From Nitrospirota bacterium (GTDB taxonomy: Bacteria; Nitrospirota; Thermodesulfovibrionia; UBA6902; JAJYJJ01), in NCBI GenBank assembly GCA_021789595.1, contig JAJYJJ010000005.1, positions 44,495 to 108,494 of the forward strand: 64,000 nt of DNA, given 5' to 3'. The notes under the pieces were generated by a model. It had not been told where the DNA came from. It did no database searches and saw only the letters and a list, made by a program, of their open reading frames with translations. Position 1 is the stretch's first letter. Each line of letters begins with the position of its first letter. Positions 29,657-39,200 of the stretch are shown piece by piece. The translations under genes were made by a program, and so were the position numbers.

Positions 29657-30789
29657 GATAAAAGCCTTCCATCCCTCATTACGATTTTCTTCTCTCCACC
29701 CCTATAGAAAAGTGTGACCGTAGGCTTAAAAAATACAAAGTCCTGATGAAATGGTGTCCTCACCTTCCCGCCAAATGAACTGTTATCACCAAGGGCAATG
29801 TGGATGGTCCCGAGTATCTTCTCAGATTCAAGGATATTATCAGGTCTTTTTGCCATATCATTTGTTCCTATCCCAAGCTCTGCAATATTGCTGTTTTCCT
29901 TCCTCTCCTGAAGTCTATGCCTCAACACTTCGACATATTCCTCATCTCCGTCAATGCCGACAACACAGCCGTCCCTTACATCCAGTCTGATCGGCGACCT
30001 TAACTGCCTCATTGGTGCCCACTGAATGACCAACCTGCCTTTTGCAGTCCCTTCCACAGGTGCTAAGAAGACCTCGCCGGAAGGCAGATTCCCAAAGGAG
30101 CCTGCCTTTTTCAGGTTGCCTGTATCTGCCAATGCCCTTCTACCCATCTTTGAAAACACAATATCGGTTCCATTAGGTGTTGTTATCCTTATAGAGACTG
30201 CTTTATTTATAACCATCGTGAGTGACCTTGTCCTTTTTTCCATCTCCTTCCAGTCAACATCCATAGGTCCTTCAAACATCGTTACATCAAAAAGGGGCAT
30301 GCTTGCATACCGTGTGCCGCAGAGTCTTGTAAGCATATCCCTGAACCTCGTGTGGCTTGTCGAATAGTTGGAAAGTGCAATCACAACATCTACAGCGCCC
30401 TTTGAATACCGCCTTACAATCTCTTCTATGCGATTGAGCCCTTTTTCATTAACCCTCTTTTCAAGGAGTGATGTAAAGAGCCGCTCCTTTTTTATGGCCT
30501 TGACAGCCTTTTCCGGGTATGCTGTCTCCCAGAGCACAGGAGGCGGCTCTATGCCGTGGCCGCCTGTGGAGGGATATTCGATATAACGGAGGTCTTTCAC
30601 GAATGTCTTTCCTATCTCAGATACGAGTCTTGCAATATCCCTCAGCCTTTCACGCCTTTCCCTCTCCCCTCTGTCTATCTGCTCAAGGCTGCCAATCCTG
30701 TCTGTAAAGACAATGACCCCTTCATCTGGTCTTACCCCCAAGTTTATCTCATATATATTCTTTATTACTTCTATAATCTTTTCTGTCAT
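29653..30789 (-). CDS. M29-like metallo-aminopeptidase
   Basis: GNLPSGEVF-AP, AELGIGTN, ESEKILGTIHIALGDN, HQD. Confidence 0.85.
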   Translation of the reverse strand: MTEKIIEVIKNIYEINLGVRPDEGVIVFTDRIGSLEQIDRGERERRERLRDIARLVSEIGKTFVKDLRYIEYPSTGGHGIEPPPVLWETAYPEKAVKAIKKERLFTSLLEKRVNEKGLNRIEEIVRRYSKGAVDVVIALSNYSTSHTRFRDMLTRLCGTRYASMPLFDVTMFEGPMDVDWKEMEKRTRSLTMVINKAVSIRITTPNGTDIVFSKMGRRALADTGNLKKAGSFGNLPSGEVFLAPVEGTAKGRLVIQWAPMRQLRSPIRLDVRDGCVVGIDGDEEYVEVLRHRLQERKENSNIAELGIGTNDMAKRPDNILESEKILGTIHIALGDNSSFGGKVRTPFHQDFVFFKPTVTLFYRGGEKKIVMRDGRLLS

Positions 30790-30796
30790 GGCAGTG

Positions 30797-32149
30797 TTAC
30801 AGTATATTTATGCCGAGGGCCTTTATCTTTCTGTGGAGATTGCTCCTCTCTATCCCGAGCTCCTCTGCAGTCCTGGATACATTCCAGTTGTTGTCCTTGA
30901 GCCTTTTTGTTATGAAGTCCCTCTCAAATACATCCCTTGCCTCTTTCAAGGACTTAAGATTGAAATAATCAGACGAAGTCCTCGTTTCCTTCAGTAATGG
31001 GATATCCCTCGCCTCGATGACCTTTGATGGGCTCATTATAACCATGCGCTCCACGACATTTCTCAGCTCCCTTACATTGCCTGGCCAGTCATAGGACATC
31101 AGGGCGTCAATGGTTGCCCTTGAGAATGCCTTTGGCATCTGGCCATACTGCTGTGCAAATATATGCAGGAAGTGTTCAACGAGAAGCGGTATATCCTCTT
31201 TCCTTTCCCTGAGCGGCGCTATATTTATCGGGATTACATTAAGCCTGTAATAAAGGTCTTCCCTGAATGTCCCTTTCTTTATCTCGGCCTGAAGGTCTTT
31301 ATTTGTAGCAGCAATCAGCCTTACATCAACCTTTATATTCCTGCTGCCTCCAACCCGCTGAAATTCCTGCGTCTCTATAACCCTGAGCACCTTTGCCTGT
31401 GTCCCTGGCGCCATATCCCCTACCTCATCAAGGAACAGGGTCCCTCCATCTGCCAGCTCAAACTTGCCCTTCTTTTTCTCGAATGCGCCTGTGAAGGAGC
31501 CTTTTTCATGGCCGAATAGCTCGGATTCTATAAGTTCGTGGGGGATTGCAGCGCAGTTCACCTCCACAAACGGCATTGCATTTCTCTTGCTTGCCTCATG
31601 CAGTGCCCTCGCAACAAGCTCCTTGCCTGTGCCGCTTTCTCCAAGGATTATCACCCTGCTGTTGGTTGGCCCGGCTATCCTTATCTGTGCCTTGAGGGAC
31701 TCTATTACAGGGCTTTTGCCAACGATATCCCATTCCCTTCTTATGCTCTCCCTTAATTCCCTGTTTTCTGTCTCGAGCCTCTTTCTCTCAATTGCCCTCT
31801 CTACAGCGATTATCACCTTTTCAAGGGACAGGGGTTTTTCAAGGAAGTCATATGCGCCGAGCTTTGTTGCCTTCACTGCAAGGTCTATATTGCCGTGGCC
31901 TGATACCATCAGCACAGCGATGTCAGGCCATTGCTCCTTCATCTTCTTAAGGGTTTCTATGCCGTCAATGCCAGGCAGCCATACATCGAGTATTACAAGG
32001 TCTATATCTGCATCGCTGATTATATTGAGTGCGTCCTCGCCTGTAGTTGTGGTGATTGTATCATAGCCCTCATCTCCCAGTATGCCTGAGATGCTCTCAA
32101 GTATGCCCTCTTCATCATCAACTACAAGGATCCCCGCTTTCCTGTTCAC
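30797..32149 (-). CDS. ntrX: sigma54-dependent response regulator, NtrX-like
   Basis: Receiver, [33 protein letters not shown], Fis-type [13 protein letters not shown]. Confidence 0.88.
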   Translation of the reverse strand: MNRKAGILVVDDEEGILESISGILGDEGYDTITTTTGEDALNIISDADIDLVILDVWLPGIDGIETLKKMKEQWPDIAVLMVSGHGNIDLAVKATKLGAYDFLEKPLSLEKVIIAVERAIERKRLETENRELRESIRREWDIVGKSPVIESLKAQIRIAGPTNSRVIILGESGTGKELVARALHEASKRNAMPFVEVNCAAIPHELIESELFGHEKGSFTGAFEKKKGKFELADGGTLFLDEVGDMAPGTQAKVLRVIETQEFQRVGGSRNIKVDVRLIAATNKDLQAEIKKGTFREDLYYRLNVIPINIAPLRERKEDIPLLVEHFLHIFAQQYGQMPKAFSRATIDALMSYDWPGNVRELRNVVERMVIMSPSKVIEARDIPLLKETRTSSDYFNLKSLKEARDVFERDFITKRLKDNNWNVSRTAEELGIERSNLHRKIKALGINIL

Positions 32150-34209
32150 TTTCCGCTCTTCACTGTTTCAGGGAGCTCGATTATAAATCGTGTCCCTTTT
32201 GGTTCGTTATCCTTAACCCTTATATAACCCCTGTGCTCTGCGATTATCCTGCTTACAATGGCAAGGCCGAGGCCTGTGCCGCCCTTCTTTGTTGAAAAAT
32301 ACGGCAGAAAGAGCCTTTCCTTATCCTCTGGTTTTATTCCAATGCCCTCATCTGCCACCTCTAATTTTACCATACTGATGGTCGGCTCATACGATACATC
32401 TATCCAGAGCCTGCCTTTTTTATCATTGGCCTCAATAGCATTGTCAATAAGATTTATCAATGCCCTCTTGAGATGCTCCCTGTCTGCATCTACAGGCGGC
32501 ACCTCTTTGAGGTCTGTTATTATGCTCACATCCTTAAAGTTTTTGTAAAGCTCAACAACCTCATCCACCACAGTGCGTATGTCAATGGGCATTAGATTGA
32601 CCTCAGGCATCTTTCCAAACCTCGAGAATTCGTTGACAAGATTCCTCAGGCCGTCAACCTCTTTGATTATAGTGTTTGTTGCCTGTTTGAGTATACTGCC
32701 AAAGTCCTCTGCTTCCTTCCCGCTGTTTATGGCTTCCCACCTCTTTGCAAGCCGTTCTGCCGAGAGTTTTATCGGTGTGAGGGGGTTCTTTATCTCATGC
32801 GCCATCCTCCTTGCAATCTCCTGCCATGCAAGCGCCCTCTGTGCCTTTATAACCTCTGTAAGGTCATCAAACACAGCCAGGACCCCCAGGGGATTGCCCA
32901 TAGAATCCCTCAGGGCGCTCAGGTATATCCTGAGGATAGCTACCCTGTCAGCGATATTAACATGTATCTGCCGCTCAATCCCCCTGAAATCCTTTTCCCC
33001 TATCTTCCTTACCATCTCCCTTAGCTCTTCAGACTGTATCCTCTCAAGTATCTCCCTGTAGCCTTTGTTCCGCAGAGATTCCTGGTCAAGGTCAAGGATG
33101 TTACAGGCTGCCCTGTTTATGGTAAGGATATTGCCGGCATTGTCAAGGGAGATAACCCCTGTAGCGGTATTCTCTATGATGGATTCCATACATATCCTTC
33201 TTCTGTCAGATTCCATGTAGGCAGATTCAAGCGATGCCTTGTTTTCCTTTAACTGCCTTATCATGCTGTTGAATGAATCTATAAGCATGCCTATCTCGTC
33301 CTGTCTTTTTATGTCTATGCTGAAGTCGAGGTTTCCCCTTGCAACCTCCTCTGTTGCCTCTGCGAGGCCCTGTATAGGGACAGTGATGCCTTTGGCAATA
33401 TGCAGAGAGACCCAGAGGGCAAGGAACATTATAAGAGAGCTGAAGAGACTCGGTATGAGGAGATATAATCGTTTGATAGGCACCTTCAATGCCTCAAGCT
33501 GCTTATAATCTTCATATGCCTGGCTTACTGCCTTCATCTTTCCGACGATCTCTTTCGGGAATGAGGACTCCACAACCACAATGCCTGAAACCCTTGCATT
33601 AGAGACAACAGGTGCAACAGCCCTTATAATATCGCCTGATTCATTGGAGGACACCTCTGTATCTGCCTTGCCCTTAAACCCCTCTTTTATAAGGTCATCA
33701 GCGTTATGAGGCAGGCTTTTTATTATCATAACCTTATAAGGCGATACAACCGCCCCACGATTTTTTGCATACTCCATTGCAAGATGCAGGGTATTTTCCC
33801 TCTCCCTTTCGTAGAATGCCTTTGCCACATCCATGGAATCCTTGATCGGTCTCTGCACCTGCAGGGAGAACCACCTGTCAACAGCATTGGTTATAACCCT
33901 GTTTGAAAGGGAAAAAAGCAGGATAGACGGAATGAGCGTAAGCCCGACGAATATGACAACGAGCTTTGTCTTAAACCTTGAGCCCAGAAGCCTCCGCTTT
34001 CTCTCGAGGTAGAGTTTTATAAGACTTCTGCTCACAAAGAATATGAGTGTGAGCAGGGCAATGATATTGAGGTTTATGAAGACAAAGACTGCAACCTTGC
34101 TGAAAAACGGGCTGCTCTTAAGGCCGAGGTATTTAAGCTCCAGTGCAGTGCCGATAATACTTAGCAGGAATGCGGCAAAGATAATGAGGGTAGCCCTCAG
34201 GTGTCTCAT
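32146..34209 (-). CDS. ntrY: NtrY-like sensor histidine kinase
   Basis: Multiple TMs, HAMP, PAS, AWQEIARRMAHEIKNPLTPIKLSAER. Confidence 0.9.
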   Translation of the reverse strand: MRHLRATLIIFAAFLLSIIGTALELKYLGLKSSPFFSKVAVFVFINLNIIALLTLIFFVSRSLIKLYLERKRRLLGSRFKTKLVVIFVGLTLIPSILLFSLSNRVITNAVDRWFSLQVQRPIKDSMDVAKAFYERERENTLHLAMEYAKNRGAVVSPYKVMIIKSLPHNADDLIKEGFKGKADTEVSSNESGDIIRAVAPVVSNARVSGIVVVESSFPKEIVGKMKAVSQAYEDYKQLEALKVPIKRLYLLIPSLFSSLIMFLALWVSLHIAKGITVPIQGLAEATEEVARGNLDFSIDIKRQDEIGMLIDSFNSMIRQLKENKASLESAYMESDRRRICMESIIENTATGVISLDNAGNILTINRAACNILDLDQESLRNKGYREILERIQSEELREMVRKIGEKDFRGIERQIHVNIADRVAILRIYLSALRDSMGNPLGVLAVFDDLTEVIKAQRALAWQEIARRMAHEIKNPLTPIKLSAERLAKRWEAINSGKEAEDFGSILKQATNTIIKEVDGLRNLVNEFSRFGKMPEVNLMPIDIRTVVDEVVELYKNFKDVSIITDLKEVPPVDADREHLKRALINLIDNAIEANDKKGRLWIDVSYEPTISMVKLEVADEGIGIKPEDKERLFLPYFSTKKGGTGLGLAIVSRIIAEHRGYIRVKDNEPKGTRFIIELPETVKSGK

Positions 34210-34754
34210 CTCCTACCGCCTATTGCAAAGGGCTGAGAGGACTTCTCAACCTTGAACTCCACCTCAGGGATAAAAAACAGCATATACCCGATAACAGGAG
34301 GGAGCTTCCTCAGCCTTGATTCAACGGTTACCTTCACAAGGTAGGTGCCAGGCTCAAGCTCCTTCCTATTGATAAGCCTAATATCTCTTATAAAGAGAAA
34401 CCACTGCATCATACTGTTATAGTCCCTGAAGCTCCTTTTTATGAGGTAAAGGCCGTCATATGATGATGCCTTATATTCAGATTTAAGGGGGTCGTATTTT
34501 ACTATCTTCTCTATCTTCTTGCCTGACACAAACTCGTTTGGCCAGATATGCCATACCCTGAAGAGGTCAACATAAAATACGAGTTCCTTCTCTACGCCTG
34601 CCTTCAGGTTGTCCTCAAATTCCCTGTCAAGCCCTGTCAAAGATGCATTGACAATGATCTGACCATTGGAGATCGTGACATCCGGCCCTGATATCTCCAC
34701 TGCATATGAAGACAATGGGATAAGTAAAAGGGATATAATTATTAAGATCTTCAT
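34206..34754 (-). CDS. DUF4390 periplasmic protein
   Basis: Signal peptide, YDPLKSEY, LPP; usual position upstream of ntrY. Confidence 0.75.
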   Translation of the reverse strand: MKILIIISLLLIPLSSYAVEISGPDVTISNGQIIVNASLTGLDREFEDNLKAGVEKELVFYVDLFRVWHIWPNEFVSGKKIEKIVKYDPLKSEYKASSYDGLYLIKRSFRDYNSMMQWFLFIRDIRLINRKELEPGTYLVKVTVESRLRKLPPVIGYMLFFIPEVEFKVEKSSQPFAIGGRR

Positions 34755-34822
34755 TAAAAACTTGAACCTTTCCAGGCATTATTATACCATAAGAGGGGTA
34801 AACTATAAGACAGGAGGCCAAT

Positions 34823-35305
34823 ATGGAGATAAAGACTGTAAGGCTCGAAATACCGGAAGGAACTAATATCATCCTCGGTCAGACGCATTTTATCAAGACA
34901 GCAGAGGATCTGTATGAAATAATAGCCACAGGAGTTCCACAGGCTAAATTTGGCGTGGCCTTTACAGAGGCATCAGGGCCGTGCCTTATAAGGACAGAGG
35001 GCAATGATGATGGGCTTATCAGGGCATGTGCAAAAAACCTTGAGGCCATAGGTGCAGGCCATGTCTTCTGCATACTGCTGCAAAACGCATTCCCCATTAA
35101 TATCCTGAACCAGATAAAGGGCTGCCCTGAGGTATGCACGGTCTTCTGCGCAACAGCAAACCCTGTGGAGGTTATAGTTGCCGAGACAGATATGGGAAGA
35201 GGGGTGCTCGGGGTTGTTGATGGTTTCTCGCCGAAAGGCATGGAAACTGCTGAAGACAAAAAACACAGGAAGGAGTTTTTGAGAAAGATAGGGTATAAGC
35301 TGTAG
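34823..35305 (+). CDS. adenosine-specific kinase-like protein (DUF355)
   Basis: GQTHFIKTAEDL, FTEASG, CATANP, GRGVLGVVDG, FLRKIGYK. Confidence 0.88.
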   Translation: MEIKTVRLEIPEGTNIILGQTHFIKTAEDLYEIIATGVPQAKFGVAFTEASGPCLIRTEGNDDGLIRACAKNLEAIGAGHVFCILLQNAFPINILNQIKGCPEVCTVFCATANPVEVIVAETDMGRGVLGVVDGFSPKGMETAEDKKHRKEFLRKIGYKL

Positions 35306-35311
35306 CAGAAG

Positions 35312-35656
35312 ATGAGCGATTGCATATTCTGTAAGATTGCTGATAAAAAGGTCCCGGCAAGGATCATCTATGAGGATGAGGATGCCCTTGCCTTTGAGGA
35401 CATTAATCCCCAGGCGCCTGTGCATGCACTTATCATACCTAAAAGACATATAGCAAACACCCTCGATATAACAGAGGACGATAACCATATTGTCGGGCAT
35501 CTTATCCAGATTGCAAACAGGATTGCATCCGACAAAGGCATTGCTGAGAGGGGATTCAGGCTTGTTATCAACTGCAACCCCGAGGCCGGCCAGACAGTAT
35601 ATCATCTCCACATCCACCTCCTCGGCGGGAGGATTATGCACTGGCCGCCTGGGTAA
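35312..35656 (+). CDS. hinT: histidine triad nucleotide-binding protein
   Basis: CIFCKI, DINPQAPVH, GQTVYHLHIHLLGG, WPPG. Confidence 0.93.
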   Translation: MSDCIFCKIADKKVPARIIYEDEDALAFEDINPQAPVHALIIPKRHIANTLDITEDDNHIVGHLIQIANRIASDKGIAERGFRLVINCNPEAGQTVYHLHIHLLGGRIMHWPPG

Positions 35657-35833
35657 CTTGCATATGACATTGCATTTCTGCCTCACCTCAAGTTGCAGAA
35701 TAACCACACGGCAGTCAGGCAAGAGGATCAGGGAGTTCAAAATTTAGGATATTCTAAACCCTTAACCTATTGTAACGCCTTTATTTTCAAGGTTTTATGG
35801 AGGGGTTGGATGCCTGTCTATTTCAGAGAAAAG

Positions 35834-35850
35834 CTGGCTCAATTATTGCT
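35834..35850 (+). promoter_or_regulatory. candidate sigma54 -24/-12 promoter upstream of the porin
   Basis: CTGGCTCAATTATTGCT has exact GG-N10-GC spacing; IHF-like TTTCAAGGTTTTA at 35785-97. Confidence 0.55.
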
Positions 35851-35884
35851 TTTCCTGAACAGGGTATATACCCAAATTTTATAC

Positions 35885-35913
35885 TTGACAAAGATGACAA
35901 TAGATGCTATAAA
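35885..35913 (+). promoter_or_regulatory. candidate sigma70 promoter upstream of the porin
   Basis: TTGACA-N17-TATAAA with TGn extension. Confidence 0.6.
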
Positions 35914-36133
35914 ATTGTCAGGCTTAATAGGGTGGAGGCAGGTTGGCAATTTTGCTACAGGCTATAGGAATGAATCTATGTTTCCCAGAGGCCGTCGGCA
36001 TCTGGCCAGAGGCATCGGGATGCGGGGGAGGTGATACGGCAAAAGAAAAAAAAGGCAGAAGGCTTTTTGGCGCCTGGTTTCCAGGCAGGATCTTAGAACT
36101 AACCTTAAAAATTAAGAAGGAGGTTAGCAGTAG

Positions 36134-37408
36134 ATGAAAAAGAGATATTTAGTATTAGTTTTTGGTATTTTGCTTCTTATCGGATTGTCTGCCAGCGCAT
36201 ATGCCACTGATATAACATTAAGCGGTGACATAAGGGTAAGAGGTGAGCTCAGGAACAACACCACGGATTTCAATAGTAGTAATGCAGACAATTATGCTGC
36301 ATACGATGAGAGGATAGGGCTCAACATTGATGCAAAGGTGACACCTGACATAGAGGGTTATATACGGCTTGAGAGTGCCGATTCTCCTACATCTCCATAT
36401 GGCTATATCTGGGGAAACTCAGGAAATGGCGCAAAAGGTGGATATCCATATGGCGACAGCAGAGTAGGCAATGTCTACTTCCAGCAGGCATGGATACTCT
36501 ATAAAGGCTCAGGCCTTCTCGGTATCCCGGCAGGAATCAAGGTTGGTCATCAACTGCTAAAACTGGGTAATGGTCTTTTCTTTGACCACACACTGTTAGG
36601 CGATGATGCCATCGTGCTCTTTGCAAATCCCTCAAAGGAGCTCACAACAGCTTTAGTGGATGCAAAGTTCAGAGAAAATTCTCTAATACACCCTGATGAT
36701 TCCGATGCATATGTCGGCCTGTTTAATTATGCAATCGACAAAAATAGCGCTGTGAGCGCGGATTTAACCTACCTCAATGACCAAAGTGCAGCGCCAGGCG
36801 GGCTCCATTTCTGGAACTTAGGTTTAAGGGGTAATGGAAATGTCTCAGGTCTCGGGATAAAGGCAGATGTGGAGTTACAGACAGGTAAGGCGAGGAATGC
36901 CATTCCTACAGGCGATCTCAAATATACAGGTTGGGCTGCACTTGCAGGCCTCGATTACAAGCTTGAGCCTGTGACCCTCAGCCTTGAATACGCCTATGGA
37001 AGCGGCGACAAACCAGGGACAACAGATAAGAATGAAGGGTTTGTCACCAGTGTTGACCCACAGCAGCACTTCACATATGTCTATGAGTATCGTACTGTAA
37101 ATGCGGCAGGTACCCAGTTCGGCGGTATCACCAATACCCAGTATGTAAAGCTCGGCGCAGCAGCAGATCTTGCCAAGGACCTGAGCGGTAATATAGGCCT
37201 TTACTGGTTAAGGGCAAACAGGGTTTTACCAGGTCAAAGCAAGAGCATCGGAACAGAAATTGATGCAAAGGTAACCTATAAGATTGAGAAAAACCTCGTC
37301 TACTGGGTTGAGGGCGGCTACCTCGTTGCAGGTGGTTTCTTTGATACACCAACACACAGTTCTGACAACGCCTATGCAGTAAGGCACGGGATCCAGCTCA
37401 CCTTCTAA
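36134..37408 (+). CDS. outer-membrane beta-barrel porin (alginate-export-like)
   Basis: Signal peptide, LSGDIRVRGE, amphipathic strands, GTEIDAKVTYK, C-terminal Phe (HGIQLTF); RBS AAGGAGG. Confidence 0.85.
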   Translation: MKKRYLVLVFGILLLIGLSASAYATDITLSGDIRVRGELRNNTTDFNSSNADNYAAYDERIGLNIDAKVTPDIEGYIRLESADSPTSPYGYIWGNSGNGAKGGYPYGDSRVGNVYFQQAWILYKGSGLLGIPAGIKVGHQLLKLGNGLFFDHTLLGDDAIVLFANPSKELTTALVDAKFRENSLIHPDDSDAYVGLFNYAIDKNSAVSADLTYLNDQSAAPGGLHFWNLGLRGNGNVSGLGIKADVELQTGKARNAIPTGDLKYTGWAALAGLDYKLEPVTLSLEYAYGSGDKPGTTDKNEGFVTSVDPQQHFTYVYEYRTVNAAGTQFGGITNTQYVKLGAAADLAKDLSGNIGLYWLRANRVLPGQSKSIGTEIDAKVTYKIEKNLVYWVEGGYLVAGGFFDTPTHSSDNAYAVRHGIQLTF

Positions 37409-37413
37409 ATTAA
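37364..37413 (+). repeat. direct repeat copy 1 (porin 3' end)
   Basis: 47/50 identical to 38035-38084. Confidence 0.9.
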
Positions 37414-37414
37414 C

Positions 37415-37461
37415 GCCCCCTCTTATCCCCCTCTTAATTTAAGCGGGGGGAAAGGGGAGTT
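37415..37461. repeat. REP-like C/G-tract palindrome
   Basis: ccccctcttatccccctcttaatttaagcggggggaaaggggag. Confidence 0.5.
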
Positions 37462-37493
37462 AAAAGGCGGCGGGCAAATGCCCGCCGCCTTTT
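37462..37493 (+). terminator. intrinsic terminator of the porin gene
   Basis: AAAAGGCGGCGGGCA-AA-TGCCCGCCGCCTTTT. Confidence 0.85.
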
Positions 37494-37532
37494 CTGTTTG
37501 CAAATTTTACTTTATTGTGATACTTTATAACC

Positions 37533-37817
37533 ATGCAAGCAAATGAGTTTATTTTTACCGGTATTATCTTTAAAGATGACGAACGATATACATCTCTCTG
37601 TCCTGAACTTGATGTGGCATCAGAAGGTGATACACCTGATGAGGCGTCAAAAAATTTATTAGAAGCTGTTGCACTTTATCTTGAAACAGCAATTGAAGCA
37701 AATCTTCCATATCTTCGCCCTATCCCATCTGATGAAGACCCAAGAATAATAGACCCTGAATCCATCATAAAAACTTTTAATCTAAAGGTAGATTTTCAAA
37801 TAAAGGCTTATGCCTGA
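37533..37817 (+). CDS. hicB: HicB-family antitoxin (short, no DNA-binding domain)
   Basis: YTSLCPELDVASEGDTPDEASKNLLEAVALYLE. Confidence 0.85.
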   Translation: MQANEFIFTGIIFKDDERYTSLCPELDVASEGDTPDEASKNLLEAVALYLETAIEANLPYLRPIPSDEDPRIIDPESIIKTFNLKVDFQIKAYA

Positions 37818-38028
37818 ACTTCCTGCTGTAAAACCGCATGAAATTGTCAGGGTTTTAGAAGGTCTTGGTTTTTATAAAGTCCGCCAAAAGGGGAGCCATC
37901 TTCAAATGAAGCGAGGCAATCTTTTGGTAACAATACCCATTCATTCTGGAGATTTAAATCCAGGCACATTAAGGTCTATTCTCCGTCAGGCTAAGTTAAG
38001 CATTGATGAGTTTTTAAGTCTATTATAG
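37810..38028 (+). CDS. hicA: HicA-family mRNA interferase toxin
   Basis: LEGLGF--VRQKGSH, VTIPIH, GTLRSILRQA. Confidence 0.92.
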   Translation: MPELPAVKPHEIVRVLEGLGFYKVRQKGSHLQMKRGNLLVTIPIHSGDLNPGTLRSILRQAKLSIDEFLSLL

Positions 38029-38034
38029 ATTACA

Positions 38035-38084
38035 GACAATGCCTATGAAGTAAGGCACGGAATCCAGCTCACCTTCTAAATTAA
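38035..38084 (+). repeat. direct repeat copy 2 (degenerate duplicate of the porin 3' end)
   Basis: gacaatgcctatgaagtaaggcacggaatccagctcaccttctaaattaa. Confidence 0.9.
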
Positions 38085-39031
38085 TCCCCTCTTGCCCCCC
38101 TGTGTGAAATAGCCTCTTTATGATCTGATAAAGGCGCATTGAGGGTTATCTCCTCTGCGGTACCATCCTTTTTCTTGATAACATCTGCAACCCTGTCCCA
38201 GTCAACCCTGTCACTGAGCCCGTTTGCCTCAACGATATCCCTCACAATCCTCCGTTGGTCCTGCCCCTTATGATAAAAATCTCTATAGACCTCAAGGAAT
38301 ATCCTTCCATCAGCAGTCCTGGCAACCTTGACTGTCTGGTATATAAGCCTGCCTTCTGTCCCAACAGGTACAATGTCAAAGAGGCTTTTTGCATTGTCTG
38401 GCAAAAGCCTTATACAGCCGTGGCTCCTGAATTGATATATACTGTTTGGCAGTATTGTTGCATGCAGGCCAACACCCTTTATCGAAAGACCTAACCAGTA
38501 TTTTCCAAGGGGGTTGTCAGGCCCGGGCGGCACAATGGTCTTTATATCCTCACCTTTTTTCACCATCTCATCCTGTATAGATATGGGGACAACCCATGTA
38601 GGGTCCTTTATCTTCTTCACAACCTCGAAGGATACGGCTGACGGCGTCTGCCATTCAGGCTTTATCATCCCAAGACCAACAGGATAGTAGGCAATCAATC
38701 TGCCGTTTTCAAAATAATAAAGGCTCCTGTCAGGTATGTTTATCAGAATACCGTTATCAATACCTGATGGGATTATCTTGCTTTTAACAATCCTTAGTTC
38801 CTCACCTTTTCTGAGCCTTGCATCTATCTTGAGATGATTAAGAGCCGCTATCTGCCTCCAGTCAACCCCAAACCTGGCTCCAACAAGCTGAAGCGAATCC
38901 CCTTTTTCGGCTCTGTAGAGAAGGTCCTGCTGGATAACATCCTTATAAAGCATAGTCTGTGAATCTGCAGCCATACATGCATCTACAGACACAGGAAGGA
39001 GAAGAAAAAGCCATATAAGATTCACTCGCAA
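38081..39031 (-). CDS. L,D-transpeptidase with LysM (ErfK/YbiS-like)
   Basis: LysM, INIP, YPVGLG, PPGPDNPLG, GLHAT...SHGCIRL. Start placed at TTG 39031 (AAGGAG 7 nt upstream) because the track's 39103 start runs through a terminator. Confidence 0.88.
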   Translation of the reverse strand: MRVNLIWLFLLLPVSVDACMAADSQTMLYKDVIQQDLLYRAEKGDSLQLVGARFGVDWRQIAALNHLKIDARLRKGEELRIVKSKIIPSGIDNGILINIPDRSLYYFENGRLIAYYPVGLGMIKPEWQTPSAVSFEVVKKIKDPTWVVPISIQDEMVKKGEDIKTIVPPGPDNPLGKYWLGLSIKGVGLHATILPNSIYQFRSHGCIRLLPDNAKSLFDIVPVGTEGRLIYQTVKVARTADGRIFLEVYRDFYHKGQDQRRIVRDIVEANGLSDRVDWDRVADVIKKKDGTAEEITLNAPLSDHKEAISHRGARGD

Positions 39032-39060
39032 GGTAATGCTCCTTAAACAATCAGATATAA

Positions 39061-39093
39061 AAAAAGGCCCCAGGGTTTTCTCCGGGGCCTTTT
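39061..39093 (-). terminator. intrinsic terminator directly after the small Cys-rich ORF
   Basis: Minus strand AAAAGGCCCCGG-AGAAAAC-CCTGGGGCCTTTTTTT. Confidence 0.8.
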
Positions 39094-39096
39094 GCC

Positions 39097-39159
39097 TTAA
39101 CAAGAGCCTTTACATTTACAGGTTGTTGCCGTCCTTTTTGAGAGCTTCTTGATTGTCAT
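39097..39159 (-). CDS. putative RiPP precursor peptide, 20 aa MTIKKLSKRTATTCKCKGSC
   Basis: Hand-translated; SD AAAGGGGGTGA 4 nt before ATG; terminator 3 nt after the stop; 41 nt downstream of the radical SAM/SPASM gene. Confidence 0.78.
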   Translation of the reverse strand: MTIKKLSKRTATTCKCKGSC

Positions 39160-39200
39160 AGGCTCACCCCCTTTCTCAGGGCACAGACCCTTCATGGGCA

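Noticed and set aside
35943-35958. TTGGCAATTTTGC as a second sigma54 site
   Set aside because: GG-to-GC spacing is 7, not 10.
35693-36137. 113-aa and 64-aa ORFs upstream of the porin
   Set aside because: They overlap promoter elements and lack good RBS-start pairs. The 64-aa frame does end in an ATGA overlap with the porin, so a uORF is not fully excluded.
37364-38084. Repeat pair as a CRISPR array or IS ends
   Set aside because: Only two direct copies about 670 bp apart, with no spacer series, cas gene or transposase.
39032-39103. N-terminal extension of the L,D-transpeptidase
   Set aside because: It crosses the terminator and overlaps the peptide ORF; an SD-supported TTG exists at 39031.
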